A stretch of 64,000 nucleotides of DNA from an uncultured Actinomycetes bacterium. Its GTDB lineage: Bacteria > Actinomycetota > Acidimicrobiia > IMCC26256 > DASPTH01. Made by a program: the position numbers and the translations under genes. The stretch spans positions 3,790-67,789 of the forward strand of contig CAVPKG010000001.1 of NCBI GenBank assembly GCA_963705625.1. Direction: 5' to 3'. Under the pieces are notes generated by a model. The model did not search any database and was not told the origin of the DNA. It saw only the letters and a list, made by a program, of their open reading frames with translations. Below, piece by piece: positions 46,785 to 55,633 of the stretch (position 1 is the first letter of the stretch; every line of letters starts with the position of its first letter).

Positions 46785-48803
46785 AGGCCGCGCTCGGTTA
46801 CGCGGCGATCGCCGTGGGCGCCGGCGCGTCCGTGGTCGGGATCAGCGCGCTGATCGCAGGGCTGCGCCTGCACGACGCGATGTTGCTGCGCGTCGGGCGC
46901 CGCTGCGTGTTCGTGGTGCTGCTCGCCGCGCTCGCGGCGGCCGGGATCATGGAGTGGGCCCTGATCAGCCACGACTTCGCGATCCAGTACGTCGCGGAGA
47001 ACAACGCACGCGGTACGCCGCTGCTCTTCACGATCACGGGGCTGTGGGCCGCGCTCGCACGGCTCGATCCTGTTGTGGGCGGTGATTCTCGGCGGGTACC
47101 TCGCGTTCGTCGCGCACAAGTTCCGTCACCGCGCGGCCGACCCGCTCGTAGCTGTCGCCACGATCACCGGGCTCGTCGTCGCGCTGTTCTTCTTCGCGCT
47201 GATGCTCGGCCCGGCGAATCCCTTCAAGACGCTGGCGGCCGCGCCGCTCGATGGCCGTGGCCCCAACCCACTGCTCCAGGACCACATCCTCATGGCCTTC
47301 CACCCGCCGATGCTGTACCTCGGCCTCGTCGGATTCACGGTGCCGTTCATGTTCGCGATCGGCGCGCTCGTCACCGGCCGCTTCGGCGAAGGCTGGCTCG
47401 CCGACACACGCCGCGCCACGTTGGTGGCATGGGGCTTTCTCACGATCGGGATCATCCTCGGGGCGTGGTGGAGCTACGAGGTGCTCGGATGGGGCGGCTT
47501 CTGGGCGTGGGACCCGGTGGAGAACGCGTCGCTCCTGCCGTGGATCACCGGCACCGCGTTCATCCACTCGGTGATGGTGCAGGAGCGCCGCGGGATGCTC
47601 CGCGTGTGGAACCTGTCGCTCATCGTCGCCACCTTCTGTCTCACGATCCTGGGAACGTTCCTCACCCGCTCGGGCGTGATCGACTCGGTGCACGCGTTCT
47701 CGGAGTCGAACATCGGCCCCTGGCTCCTCACGTTCCTCGGGGTCGTCGCGGCCGCGGGCATCGGCCTGCTCGCGTGGCGTGGCGACCGCTTGCGGGCGCC
47801 CGGCCGCATCGACTCTGCGGTGTCGCGCGAGTCGGCGTTCCTCGCCAACAACCTTCTCTTCGCGGGTCTCGCGTTCGTCGTGCTGCTCGGCACCGTGTTC
47901 CCGCTGATCGCGGAGGCGCTGCGGGGGAGCCGGCTGTCGGTCGGGGAGCCCTACTTCGACCGGATGACCACACCGATCGGCCTCGCGCTGCTGTTCCTGA
48001 TGGCGGTCGCTCCCGCGCTGCCCTGGCGCGCCACGAGCGGCGACGTCCTCCGTCAACGGCTGCTCGTCCCCGCCTGGATCGGTGCGCTCACGATGGTGGG
48101 CGCCGTCGCGTTCGGCGCACGCGGCGTTGCCGAGGTGATCGCCTACGGGCTCGGCGCGTTCGCCACTGCAGGGATCGTCCGTCAGTTCGTGCTCGGCGTT
48201 CGCGGTCGACGGCGAGCACTCGGTGAGCCACGGGCCGTCGCGCTGGGGCACGCCACGCGGTCGAACCCGCGGCTGTACGGCGGGCTCATCGTGCACTTCG
48301 GAGTCGTGCTCATCGCCGTGGTGTTGGCGGTGTCGTCGTCGTACGGCGCGAACCGTGAGGTTCGACTGAAGCGCGGCCAGTCGGCTGTGGTCTCCGGGTA
48401 CACGCTCACGTATCTCGGTTCGAAGGTGGAACGGTCCGCCCAGAAGACCACCGTGTCGGCCGGCGTGCGCGTGCAACGCGGCGATCACGTGCTGGGCGTG
48501 TACGCCCCGGCGATCTCCACGTTCCCCAACAGCACCGAAGGCATTGGTACGCCGTCTGTGCACACCGGCCCCATCGAAGACGTGTATCTCACGCTCGTGT
48601 CGTCGCCGAGAAGCGGCGGCCGGATCACGCTCGGCGTCCGCGTCAACCCGATGATCGTGTGGCTGTGGATCGCCGGCGGCGTGATGGCGCTCGGCACGAT
48701 TCTGGCGCTGTCGCCGCGGTTGCGGCGCCGGCCGCGCACCCCCGTGCCCACCGGTTCCCCGGCCGAATCCGAGGATCCGGCGCTCGAAGAGGTGCCGGCA
48801 TGA
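46781..48803 (+). CDS. ccmF: cytochrome c heme lyase CcmF, frameshift near 47060
   Basis: VKAALGYAAIAVG...FAIQYVAENNARGTPLLFTITGLWAAL is in ORF 46397. WAVILGGY...WWSYEVLGWGGFWAWDPVENASLLPW (WWD) ... is in ORF 47073..48803. Confidence 0.85.
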
Positions 48804-49348
48804 GGCATCCGGCTCGTTGGATCGCGCTCACCGCGGCCGCAGTTGTCGTCGTCTTCGGTGTCGTACTGGCGCTCAACGTCGGGAACGACCCGCAGATCGA
48901 ATCGCAAGCCAATCCGCTCGTGGGTCGCGACGCGCCCAAGTTCAGCCTGCCGACTCTCACCGGCGAGCGCGTCACACGCGACGGCCTCGCGGGCAAGGCA
49001 GTGATCGTGAATTTCTGGAACACCTGGTGCATCCCCTGCCAGCGAGAGCTGCCCTCGCTCAAAGCCTTCTATCAGGCGCACGCCAACGATCCGGATTTCG
49101 CGATGGTGGGCATCGTGCGTGACGCGCAGCAGGGCAGGACCGGCATCGAGGACTACGTGCGCAAGCAGGGCATGGGTTGGACGATCGCGCTCGATCCGGG
49201 ATCGACGGCGGCGCTCGACTTCGCGACGCGAGGTCAACCGGAGACGTTCGCGATCACCCCCGCTGGGCAGATCGTCGGCTTCCAGCTCGCCGACGTGAGT
49301 GTGTCGAACCTCGAGGAGCTGCTCGCTGCCGCGCGCGGGCAACAGTGA
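48800..49348 (+). CDS. ccmG: thiol:disulfide oxidoreductase CcmG/DsbE (TlpA family)
   Basis: A TM anchor is followed by FSLPTLTGERV...GKAVIVNFWNTWCIPCQRELP...GQPETFAI. ATGA overlaps the ccmF stop. Confidence 0.85.
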   Translation: MRHPARWIALTAAAVVVVFGVVLALNVGNDPQIESQANPLVGRDAPKFSLPTLTGERVTRDGLAGKAVIVNFWNTWCIPCQRELPSLKAFYQAHANDPDFAMVGIVRDAQQGRTGIEDYVRKQGMGWTIALDPGSTAALDFATRGQPETFAITPAGQIVGFQLADVSVSNLEELLAAARGQQ

Positions 49349-49803
49349 TGCGCCGCTGGTGGCCCTGGCTCGCGCTCGGCGTGGTGGTGGCAGTTGTGCT
49401 CGCCATCCTGCTCTGGCCGAGTGGCAACCGGAGCGCCGCGACGCGGGCTCACGACCTGGCCACCGAGCTGCGGTGCCCGGAGTGCGAGGGTCTGTCGGTT
49501 GCCGACAGCAACGCCCCCACCTCGAAGGCGATCCGCGCCGACATCAAGCGGCGCATCGCCGCCGGGCAGAGTGACGAGGCGATCCGGCAGGTCTACGTCG
49601 ACGACTACGGCGAAGACATCTTGCTCTCCCCACAGAGCTCCGGCATCGGCTTGATCGTGTGGGTGCTCCCGGTCCTCGTGCTCGCGCTCGGGGCCGCCGG
49701 GATCTGGTTCGGCCTCGCGCGAGCCCGCCGCGAGCCGCGCCTGCACGCAACCGAGGCCGACGCAGCGCTCGTCGACCGGGAACGTGGCGTCGACGATGAC
49801 TGA
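49348..49803 (+). CDS. ccmH: cytochrome c-type biogenesis protein CcmH
   Basis: MRRWWPWLALGVVVAV...ELRCPECEGLSVADSNAP.S.AIRADI...G.SD.EI...YVDDYGE.IL. A second TM follows. The gene overlaps the ccmG stop. Confidence 0.8.
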   Translation: MRRWWPWLALGVVVAVVLAILLWPSGNRSAATRAHDLATELRCPECEGLSVADSNAPTSKAIRADIKRRIAAGQSDEAIRQVYVDDYGEDILLSPQSSGIGLIVWVLPVLVLALGAAGIWFGLARARREPRLHATEADAALVDRERGVDDD

Positions 49804-50629
49804 CCACGAAGAGCTGGAGGCCGAACGTGACTTCCTGCTGAAGTCGCTCGATGATCTCGAGGCCGAGCACGAGACCGGCGGGATCGACGACGAGTCGTAC
49901 CGGGAGCTACACGACGACTACACCGCCCGCGCGGCCGCAACGATCCGTGCGCTCCGCGACGGCGTCGACGCTCGCCCGGTGCCCCCGCCCGCGGTTCCGG
50001 CGCGCCGCCGTTTCACGATCATCGCGGTGATCGTGGTCTTCGCCCTTGTCGCGGGGGTCGCGCTCGCCTCTGCGCTGGGCGCTCGGCTCCCAGGACAAAC
50101 TGCGTCCGGAAACTCGCAGTCCGCGCAGCAGCAAGCCGTCGCGAAACGGCTCGGCGCGACGATCAAGGCGCTCGAAGCGAAGGTGAACGCCAACCCCGAC
50201 GACTACGACGCGCGCCTCGCGCTCGCGCATGCGTACGAGGCGAACGGCGACCTTCGCAACGCCCTCGCGCAGTCCGACAACGCGATCACCATCGACCCGA
50301 ATCGACCCCAAGCTCACGCGAATGCCGGTCGATTGCTGTACATCGCGTCCGAGTCGATCAAGGACAGCGCCACTCGAGTGCAGTTCGTCACCGAGGCGAG
50401 CTCCGCGTTCAACACTGCGATCGAGAAGGACCCGGAGTACGCCGACGCCTACTACTTCCGCGCCGTCCTCGAGTCCGCGACCTCGCAGCTCGACCGTGCT
50501 CAGGCCGACCTCCAGACCTACCTCGTGAAGGCGCCGAATGGCCCGTATGCCGGCAACGCGCGCGATCTGCTCGCGAGCGTCACGAAAGCGCTCGAGTCGC
50601 CGTCGACTACCGTGCCCAAGTCCCGATAG
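49796..50629 (+). CDS. TM-anchored TPR protein, CcmI/CycH-like
   Basis: MTDHEELEAERDFLLKSLDDLE... is followed by TM FTIIAVIVVFALVAGVALA and TPR-like repeats (NPDDYDARLALAHAYEANGDLRNALAQSDNAITIDPN...). It overlaps the ccmH stop. Confidence 0.65.
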   Translation: MTDHEELEAERDFLLKSLDDLEAEHETGGIDDESYRELHDDYTARAAATIRALRDGVDARPVPPPAVPARRRFTIIAVIVVFALVAGVALASALGARLPGQTASGNSQSAQQQAVAKRLGATIKALEAKVNANPDDYDARLALAHAYEANGDLRNALAQSDNAITIDPNRPQAHANAGRLLYIASESIKDSATRVQFVTEASSAFNTAIEKDPEYADAYYFRAVLESATSQLDRAQADLQTYLVKAPNGPYAGNARDLLASVTKALESPSTTVPKSR

Positions 50630-50640
50630 AGGAGCAGGAG

Positions 50641-50686
50641 CGAACGTCCGCGAATCGGGGTATCCCCGATTCGCAGTGAGCGACCC
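50641..50686. repeat. REP/MITE-like palindromic element, solo copy 4 (perfect 11-bp stem), flanked by 9-bp direct repeats
   Basis: CGAACGTCC-GCGAATCGGGG-TAT-CCCCGATTCGC-AGT-GAGCGACCC. GAGCAGGAG occurs at 50632..50640 and again at 50690..50698. Confidence 0.8.
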
Positions 50687-50706
50687 GGAGAGCAGGAGTC
50701 CGTCAC

Positions 50707-51174
50707 ATGGCACAACAGCCCACGTTCGAGATCGACGAGACCAAGACCTACCGCGCGACGATCACCACGGATCGCGGCACGATGGTGCTCGACCTCGACC
50801 CGAAGCTCGCACCGAAGACCGTCAACAACTTCGTGGTCCTCGCGCGCCAGGGCTACTACGACGGTCTCACGTTCCACCGTGTCGTGCCCGACTTCGTGAT
50901 CCAGGGTGGCTGTCCCCAAGGAACCGGCACGGGCGGTCCCGGTTACAAGTTCGAGGACGAGCCCGTGAAGAGCGAGTACACGCTCGGCGCGGTCGCGATG
51001 GCCAACTCCGGGAAGAACACGAACGGCTCGCAGTTCTTCGTGTGCATCGACGACTGCACCCGCAAGCTCGACAAGGCCTACAACCTGTTCGGCTACGTCA
51101 CCGATGGGATGGACGTCGCGCTGGACACCAAGGTCGGCGACGTCATGCAGACCGTCGTCATCGAGGAGCGCTGA
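50707..51174 (+). CDS. peptidylprolyl isomerase, cyclophilin type
   Basis: NNFVVLARQGYYDGLTFHRVVPDFVIQGGCPQGTGTGGPGYKFEDE...GAVAMANSGKNTNGSQFF. The gene is intact. Confidence 0.9.
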   Translation: MAQQPTFEIDETKTYRATITTDRGTMVLDLDPKLAPKTVNNFVVLARQGYYDGLTFHRVVPDFVIQGGCPQGTGTGGPGYKFEDEPVKSEYTLGAVAMANSGKNTNGSQFFVCIDDCTRKLDKAYNLFGYVTDGMDVALDTKVGDVMQTVVIEER

Positions 51175-51451
51175 CCGGACCGTCGCTCGACCCGAACGGC
51201 CGGCCCCTCGGCGCGGCACCCGTATACGTGATCGGTGCCGACGAACCTGGGATCGCCCAACGCAACCAGGCCCGCGGATCACGATCGACGACATACCGGG
51301 AAGCCCACGCCGGTACGGCCAATCACTCGACCCCGACCACGCGATCAGGGCCCTGCTCTCCCTGCGCGACCCCTGCTTCGCCAGCTACGAACTCGCCGCC
51401 GGGTGCGGCTCCCGTGCCTCCGCCGTGATCGGGGCCGCGTACGGTGCACGG

Positions 51452-52237
51452 ATGGGTGACACCGGGTTGTTCGGGCCCGACAGTGTGGCGTGGCACATTC
51501 ACGCCGATCCCGTGATGCTCATCGGCGGGATGCGCGCCCTGCTCGTGCAGGCGCTCGAACCGCGCGCGATGGCGGCGGTCGACCAGCACAGCAAGTTCCG
51601 CGAAGATCCGTGGGGTCGGCTCGAGCGCACCACGAGCTTCGTCATGAACACGATCTACGGCGACACCGCCGCCGCCGAAGCCGCGTGCGAACGCGTGCGC
51701 AAGGTGCATTCACGCATTCACGGCATCGACCCGGTCACGGGTCGCGCGTACGCCGGTAACGACCCCGACCTCCTGCTGTGGATCCACGCGGTCGAGCTCG
51801 AGTCGTTCGTCCTCGTGTACCGCACGTACGCGGGACGGCTGTCGGAGGAAGACGCCGACCGCTACGTGGTCGAGATGGCGCGCGTCGCCGAGATGGTCGA
51901 GTTGCCCGCGCAGTTGGCACCGCAGTCGATGGGTGAGGTGCGCGAGTACCTGAGGTCGGTGCGCCCCACGTTGCAGGCCACGCCGGCCGCGTTCGACGGC
52001 CTGCGCGTCGTCCTGTTCCCGCCGATGCAACTCGCGTACCGCCCGTTGTGGGTCATCCCCACGACGGCTGCGGTCGCGATCCTCCCGCGGTACGCACGCC
52101 GCATGTACCGGCTGCCGTGGATCCCGGGCGCGGGGCTGCCGGTGAGGGCGGCGATGTATCCGCTCAGTCGGGCGCTGAACTGGGTGACGCCGACTCCGCC
52201 GATCGTGCGCGCGGCCTACGAACGCGTCGCCGCCTGA
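51452..52237 (+). CDS. oxygenase MpaB family / DUF2236 protein
   Basis: MGDTGLFGPDSVAWHIHADPVMLIGGMRALLVQALEPRAMAAV..HS.F..DPWGRL.RT. It is the last 261 codons of ORF 51104..52237. Confidence 0.7.
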   Translation: MGDTGLFGPDSVAWHIHADPVMLIGGMRALLVQALEPRAMAAVDQHSKFREDPWGRLERTTSFVMNTIYGDTAAAEAACERVRKVHSRIHGIDPVTGRAYAGNDPDLLLWIHAVELESFVLVYRTYAGRLSEEDADRYVVEMARVAEMVELPAQLAPQSMGEVREYLRSVRPTLQATPAAFDGLRVVLFPPMQLAYRPLWVIPTTAAVAILPRYARRMYRLPWIPGAGLPVRAAMYPLSRALNWVTPTPPIVRAAYERVAA

Positions 52238-53078
52238 CGAACCACGCGACGGCGCCCCCGATCAGCGCGAGCACGAGGATCACGCCGAGCACGTCGTTCG
52301 GCACGTCGAGCAGCTTGAGCCCGGAGAGCACGAGCACGAGCGCGAGCACGGGACGGATGAGGTCGTCGGGCGCGCGGGACGACACGTGCGCGCCGAGGAT
52401 CACTCCCGGGATGCTTCCGAGCAGGAGCGAGGTCGTGATATCGAGCTCGAAGTCGCCCCAGAGAAGGTGACCGACGGCGGCTGCGGTCACGAGCGGGACG
52501 GCCTGCACGAGGTCGGTGCCGACGAGCTCCCTCGCCGAGAGCATCGGGTACAGCAGCATCATCGCGACGATCATCAACGAGCCGGATCCCACCGACGTCA
52601 TCCCGACCACGAAGCCGCCGACCAGGCCGACGGTGAGCGTCGCGACCCGTCGTACGGGGACCCGTTCGGCGGCGTCACCTTCGAGGATGCCGATGTGGCG
52701 GCTGCCGATGTACCAGCGCACGATCATCGCCGCCGCGGCGATCAACAGCACGACACCGAGGATCACCTTGATCGTGTCGCCGACGTCGTCGCCCATGTGC
52801 GAGATCACGTATGAGCCGATCAACGCGCCCGGCACCGAGCCGAGCATGAGCCAGCGCACGAGACCCATGTGCACCGTGCCGCGGCGGAAGTGGATGCCGC
52901 CGCCGATCGGCTTCATCACCACCGCGGCCACGAGGTCGCTCGACACCGCGGTAAGCGGCTCGATGCCGAAACCGATGACGAGGACCGGCGTCATGAGCGC
53001 GCCCCCACCCATGCCGGTGAGGCCGACCACGAAGCCGACGATCAGGCCGGCGAGCGCGATGCCGGGATCGATGTTCAC
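52164..53078 (-). CDS. sulfite exporter TauE/SafE family membrane protein
   Basis: GLIVGFVVGLTGMGGGALMTPVL and VGLVGGFVVGMTSVGSGSLM show the duplicated TauE motif. The 3' end overlaps the convergent MpaB gene by ~74 nt. Confidence 0.8.
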   Translation of the reverse strand: MNIDPGIALAGLIVGFVVGLTGMGGGALMTPVLVIGFGIEPLTAVSSDLVAAVVMKPIGGGIHFRRGTVHMGLVRWLMLGSVPGALIGSYVISHMGDDVGDTIKVILGVVLLIAAAAMIVRWYIGSRHIGILEGDAAERVPVRRVATLTVGLVGGFVVGMTSVGSGSLMIVAMMLLYPMLSARELVGTDLVQAVPLVTAAAVGHLLWGDFELDITTSLLLGSIPGVILGAHVSSRAPDDLIRPVLALVLVLSGLKLLDVPNDVLGVILVLALIGGAVAWFVRRRRVRRPRARSAESASPSSAPD

Positions 53079-53148
53079 GAACCTGCGGCCTCCACCTCAT
53101 CAAGCTGACCGACGAAGTGAACAATGTAGGGTTCGCGCGCCACAGAAT

Positions 53149-53535
53149 GGGTCGCTCACGGCTCGCCGGGATACCCCGCTCGCTCGCGTTCGCTCCCGTG
53201 TGCTGGGTCGCTCACGGCTCGCCGGGATACCCCGCTCGCTCGCGTTCGCTCCCGTGTGCTGGGTCGCTCACGGCTCGCCGGGATACCCGGCTCGCTAGCG
53301 TTCGCTCCCGTGTGCTGGGTCGCTCACGGCTCGCCGGGATACCCGGCTCGCTGGCGTTCGCTCCCGTGTGCTGGGTCGCTCACGGCTCGCCGGGATACCC
53401 GGCTCGCTCGTCGTGTTCGCTCCCGTGTGCTGGGTCGCTCACGGCTCGCCGGGATACCCCGCTCGCTAGCGTTCGCTCCCGTGTGCTGGGTCGCTCACGG
53501 CTCGCCGGGATACCCGGCTCGCTAGCGTTCGCTCC
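53149..53535. repeat. tandem array of 7 REP/MITE-like units (period 56 bp, one of 59)
   Basis: The unit is GGGTCGCTCACGGCTCGCCGGGATACCCCGCTCGCTCGCGTTCGCTCCC plus linker GTGTGCT. Unit starts are 53149, 53205, 53261, 53317, 53373, 53432 and 53488. The units are in reverse orientation relative to solo copy 4. The array ends at the rrf2 GTG. Confidence 0.9.
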
Positions 53536-53991
53536 GTGAACGTCACGGCCAAGACCGACTATGCGGTGCGGGCGGTAGCCGAGCTCGGTGCGGCCGAGGG
53601 CGCGCTGGTGAAGGCCGACCGCATCGCCGAGGCGCAGGGCATCCCACGCCACTTCCTCGACAACATCCTCAACGACTTGCGCCGTGCCGGAATCGTGAGC
53701 ACGCAGCGCGGCGCCGAGGGCGGCTCGCGGCTCGCGCGTCCGGCGAAGGACATCACGCTGGCCGACGTGATGCGCGCGATGGAAGGTCCGCTCGCGGCGG
53801 TGCGCGACGTGCGACCCGAGAACCTCGCCTACGACGGCGCGGCCGAGTCACTGCCCCAGGTATGGATCGCGGTGCGCGCCGCGTTGCGCAACGTGCTCGA
53901 GCATGTCACCGTCGCCGACGTCGTGGCGGGCAAGCTGCCACGTTCGGTCGAGCGACTCCTCGACGACCCCGAGGCTTGGAAGCCACACTGA
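53536..53991 (+). CDS. Rrf2 family transcriptional regulator
   Basis: MNVTAKTDYAVRAVAELG...ADRIAEAQGIPRHFLDNILNDLRRAGIVSTQRGAEGGSRLARP. Confidence 0.85.
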   Translation: MNVTAKTDYAVRAVAELGAAEGALVKADRIAEAQGIPRHFLDNILNDLRRAGIVSTQRGAEGGSRLARPAKDITLADVMRAMEGPLAAVRDVRPENLAYDGAAESLPQVWIAVRAALRNVLEHVTVADVVAGKLPRSVERLLDDPEAWKPH

Positions 53992-54008
53992 ACGGCGGCA
54001 GCTGACGC

Positions 54009-54609
54009 ATGGACCGGAACGAGTGGAACGAGCGGTACCGATCGACTGAGCTGGTCTGGTCGGCCGAACCCAACCGGTTCGTCGTCGCCGAGGTCGCCGA
54101 CCTCGAGCCCGGGCGTGTGCTCGATCTGGCCGCGGGGGAGGGACGCAACGCGATCTGGCTCGCCGAGCAGGGCTGGCGCGCAACCGCCGTCGACTATTCG
54201 GACGTCGCGCTCGACAAGGCGCGGGAACTGGCGGCCCGGCGGGGCGTCGAGCTCGTCACCGCGCTCGAGGACGTGACCACATTCAGTCCGAGCCCCGGCG
54301 CCTACGAGCTCGTGCTCGTCGCGTACCTGCAGCTCCCCGAGCCCGATCGTTCGGCCGCACTGGGGCGCGCGGTCGACGCCGTCGCCCCCGGCGGCACGCT
54401 GCTCGTCATCGCGCACGACGAAGCGAACATCGAACGGCGGGTACGGCGGCCCGAAGGATCCGGCGGTGCTCGCGTCGCCGGACCAGGTTGCGGCAATCGT
54501 GTCCGAGCTGGAGGTCGTCAAGGCCGAGCGGGTCGAGCGCTCGGTTGACACGCCCGACGGTCCGCGTGTCGCGATCGACCATGTCGTCCGCGCCCACCGA
54601 CCCCACTGA
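54009..54609 (+). CDS. class I SAM-dependent methyltransferase, frameshift near 54430
   Basis: RVLDLAAGEGRNAIWLAEQGWRATAVDYS...GGTLLVIAHD is in ORF 54009. GGPKDPAVLASPDQVAAIVSELEVVKAERVER... follows in the third frame, ending at TGA 54607. Confidence 0.7.
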
Positions 54610-54623
54610 CGCGGAAGCAACGA

Positions 54624-55238
54624 GTGAGCACGATCGAGGTGTTCGCCGACGTGTGTTGCCCGTTCACTCATGTCGGGCTGCGCCGCGTGGTTCGCCGTCG
54701 GACCGACGTCGGGCGAGACGACGTGGCGCTCGTCGTGCGAGCGTGGCCGCTCGAGCTGGTGAACGGCGTCCCACTCGATCCCGACTCGATCGCGACACAC
54801 GTGGCGGAGCTGCGGGAGAGCGTCGCGCCCGACCTCTTCGTTGGATTCGATCGTGCCAAGTTCCCTGCGTCGTCGTTGCCCGCGCTCGAGCTCGCGGCGG
54901 CGGCGTACGCGACCAGTACCGCCGTCGGGGAACGCATCAGTTTGTCGCTGCGGACCGCGCTCTTCGAGGAAGGCCGCGACCTCGGCGACGCCGGTGTGCT
55001 CGATGCGATCGCCGCCGAGCACGGGGTGCAGGTGCAACGCCCGGTCGCGCGCGACGCGGTGCTGGCCGACTGGCGGGAAGGTGTGCGTCGCGGCGTCCGC
55101 GGGTCGCCGGAGTTCTTCGTGGAGGGTCATGGCTACTTCTGTCCGGCTCTCGACATCACGAGCTACGACGGAGAGCTGACGATCGCCTACGACGCCGCGG
55201 GATTCGAGTCGTTCCTCGCCGCCTGTTTCGCGTCGTGA
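54624..55238 (+). CDS. DsbA-like thioredoxin-fold protein
   Basis: IEVFADVCCPFTHVGL...VRGSPEFFVEG. This is ORF 54624..55238 and it is intact. Confidence 0.6.
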   Translation: MSTIEVFADVCCPFTHVGLRRVVRRRTDVGRDDVALVVRAWPLELVNGVPLDPDSIATHVAELRESVAPDLFVGFDRAKFPASSLPALELAAAAYATSTAVGERISLSLRTALFEEGRDLGDAGVLDAIAAEHGVQVQRPVARDAVLADWREGVRRGVRGSPEFFVEGHGYFCPALDITSYDGELTIAYDAAGFESFLAACFAS

Positions 55239-55256
55239 ACCAGGCTGACGAGATCG

Positions 55257-55544
55257 TTACTCGGGCGGCGGTTCGATCATCACGCGTGTCGCGACGTCGG
55301 GGTGACGTTCCAGCCACTGCCGCGCGAACGGGCAGCGCGGTACGAGAGTGAGGCCGTGCTCGGCTGCGAAGTCCACAGCCGCGGTGACGAGCGCGCCGCC
55401 GACTCCCTGACCCTCGAGCTCGTCGGGCACTCCGGTGTGCACGAGCACGAGCCGGTCGCCGTGACGCCGGTAGGTGAGCTCGGCGGTGTGACCGTCGGCG
55501 GTCGTCTCGAAGCGTCGAGCAGCCTCGTTGTTCGTGATCGCCAT
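55257..55544 (-). CDS. small GNAT family N-acetyltransferase (YjdJ-type)
   Basis: RRFETTADGHTAELTYRRHGDRLVLVHTGVPDELEGQGVGGALVTAAVDFAAEHGLTLVPRCPF. Confidence 0.8.
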   Translation of the reverse strand: MAITNNEAARRFETTADGHTAELTYRRHGDRLVLVHTGVPDELEGQGVGGALVTAAVDFAAEHGLTLVPRCPFARQWLERHPDVATRVMIEPPPE

Positions 55545-55633
55545 GAGGCGTCACGATATGCACCCGCCGGCGGGTACGCCGGCCCGGTCGGTAGCGATCG
55601 CGCGGCAAGGAGATCGGGCGCGGAGGGGCCGAC

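Noticed and set aside
52164-52237. Convergent 3' overlaps (TauE/MpaB ~74 nt; ndh/secreted protein ~17 nt) as possible antisense regulation
   Set aside because: In GC-rich DNA, stop codons are rare and C-terminal ORF extensions are common. The overlaps are more likely over-extended ORF ends than functional features.
53149-53535. Regularly spaced 56-bp repeats that at first glance resemble a CRISPR array
   Set aside because: The units abut each other with only a constant 7-nt linker (GTGTGCT). There are no unique spacers, no leader and no cas genes, and the same unit occurs as solo palindromic copies elsewhere. It is a tandem REP/MITE-like array, not CRISPR.
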